DNA from: Phaeosaccion multiseriatum
Taxonomy: Eukaryota > Protista > Ochrophyta, other classes
DNA: 64,000 nt
Assembly (NCBI GenBank): GCA_965112735.1
Contig: OZ218952.1
Span: 5,766,001 to 5,830,000, forward strand
Reading direction: 5' to 3'
The notes beneath the pieces are model-generated. The model saw only the letters and a program-made list of their open reading frames with translations. It had not been told where the DNA came from and ran no database searches. A program made the position numbers and the translations under genes. Positions 63,176 to 64,000 of the stretch are shown piece by piece (within the stretch, counting starts at the first letter, position 1; each line of letters starts with the position of its first letter).

Positions 63176-64000
63176 CTATCGTCGCGCTGCCGCCTCTGGC
63201 CGGAAAGCAACAACGTCCTCAAACAATAATTCCTGTAGACATGCCTTTACCAGCGGCGTGGCCTCGACCTTGGCGAGCTGCAGCGGCTCGGGCTCGGTCA
63301 AAAGCCTTGGGCGACTATTAAAGCGATCGAGCCAGGGGTGCTGTATAGCGTCCTTGAGGCTCAGCCGCTTTGAGGGGTTGAAGGCGATCATCTTACCGAG
63401 CAGCTCCACGGCATTCTCGTGCACGTCCGGGAATTTCTCTCGGAGCTCCACCTTGGGCTTGTCTGTAATATCTAGCATGTATGCTCGCGCTTTCCGGTTT
63501 GTCACAAAGTCAAGGTCCGCCTCCTGGGGCTTGCCACATGTCCCCACGATAAGCCGAAGCATTTGGGCAGTGTTCGATCCCATGAAGAGCGGCACCTTCT
63601 GAAACATTTCTGCCAAAATGCAACCGGCCGACCACACGTCAATGGCAGGGCCGTACTCTGCTTCCAAAAACACCTCGGGTGCCCTCCACCATCGGGTCAC
63701 GACATACTCCGTAAACTTGGCCGTCTCTCCCAACTCGTCAGGGCAATCAAAGCTGCGCGCCAAGCCAAAGTCGCACAGCTTCAATTGGCAATTCGTGTTG
63801 ACAAGAATGTTGGCAGGCTTCAAGTCCCTGTGAATGACGCCGCACCGGTGGATGTACTCAATCCCGCAAAGCAGCTGGTAGAGGAAAAACTGAATATGCC
63901 CCTCCTTGAGAGCCTGTCCGCTGTAGATGATGTGGTGGAGGTCGGTGTCCATCCGCTCCATGACAATATACACGTCCTGAAAATTCTCCACGGACGGCGG
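63176..64000 (-). CDS. Mitogen-activated protein kinase (TEY), 5' part lies beyond the window
   Basis: Motifs FQDVYIVMERMDTDLHHII, HRDLKPANILVN..CQLKLCDFGLAR, TEYVVTRWWRAPE, IDVWSAGCILAE. Confidence 0.93.
   Translation of the reverse strand, partial: PPSVENFQDVYIVMERMDTDLHHIIYSGQALKEGHIQFFLYQLLCGIEYIHRCGVIHRDLKPANILVNTNCQLKLCDFGLARSFDCPDELGETAKFTEYVVTRWWRAPEVFLEAEYGPAIDVWSAGCILAEMFQKVPLFMGSNTAQMLRLIVGTCGKPQEADLDFVTNRKARAYMLDITDKPKVELREKFPDVHENAVELLGKMIAFNPSKRLSLKDAIQHPWLDRFNSRPRLLTEPEPLQLAKVEATPLVKACLQELLFEDVVAFRPEAAARR

Overview
Gene-dense, GC-rich, intron-rich eukaryotic nuclear DNA. The source is most likely a photosynthetic stramenopile (ochrophyte): two genes carry bipartite plastid presequences with an 'SAF/RAF' cleavage motif, and the glucokinase is bacterial-type. 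About 19 protein-coding genes were assembled by hand from GT-AG exons, in this order: Exo84-like (+), FIP1 (-), ER-type CS/p23 protein (+), plastid Fd-GOGAT (-), BLTP3/VPS13-like chorein-N protein with PH, PX-like and coiled-coil regions (+), MsrB with a tripartite thylakoid-lumen presequence (-), IQ/C2H2/RGS/WW protein (-), orphan type I membrane protein (+), linker-histone H15-FKBP fusion (-), tail-anchored glucokinase (+), AMPK/SNF1 beta (-), AMPK/SNF1 alpha (+), RBM26/27-like (-), cytosolic IleRS (+), cation-chloride cotransporter (-), ArfGAP (+), LARP4-like (-), membrane-anchored papain-like protease (+), partial TEY MAP kinase (-). No RNA genes, mobile elements or CRISPR arrays were recognised. 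The most notable observations are a glucokinase/AMPK-beta/AMPK-alpha cluster with the alpha and beta genes head-to-head, near-perfect strand alternation of genes, and several unusual domain fusions or localisations. All calls rest on motif recognition by eye; no searches were run.
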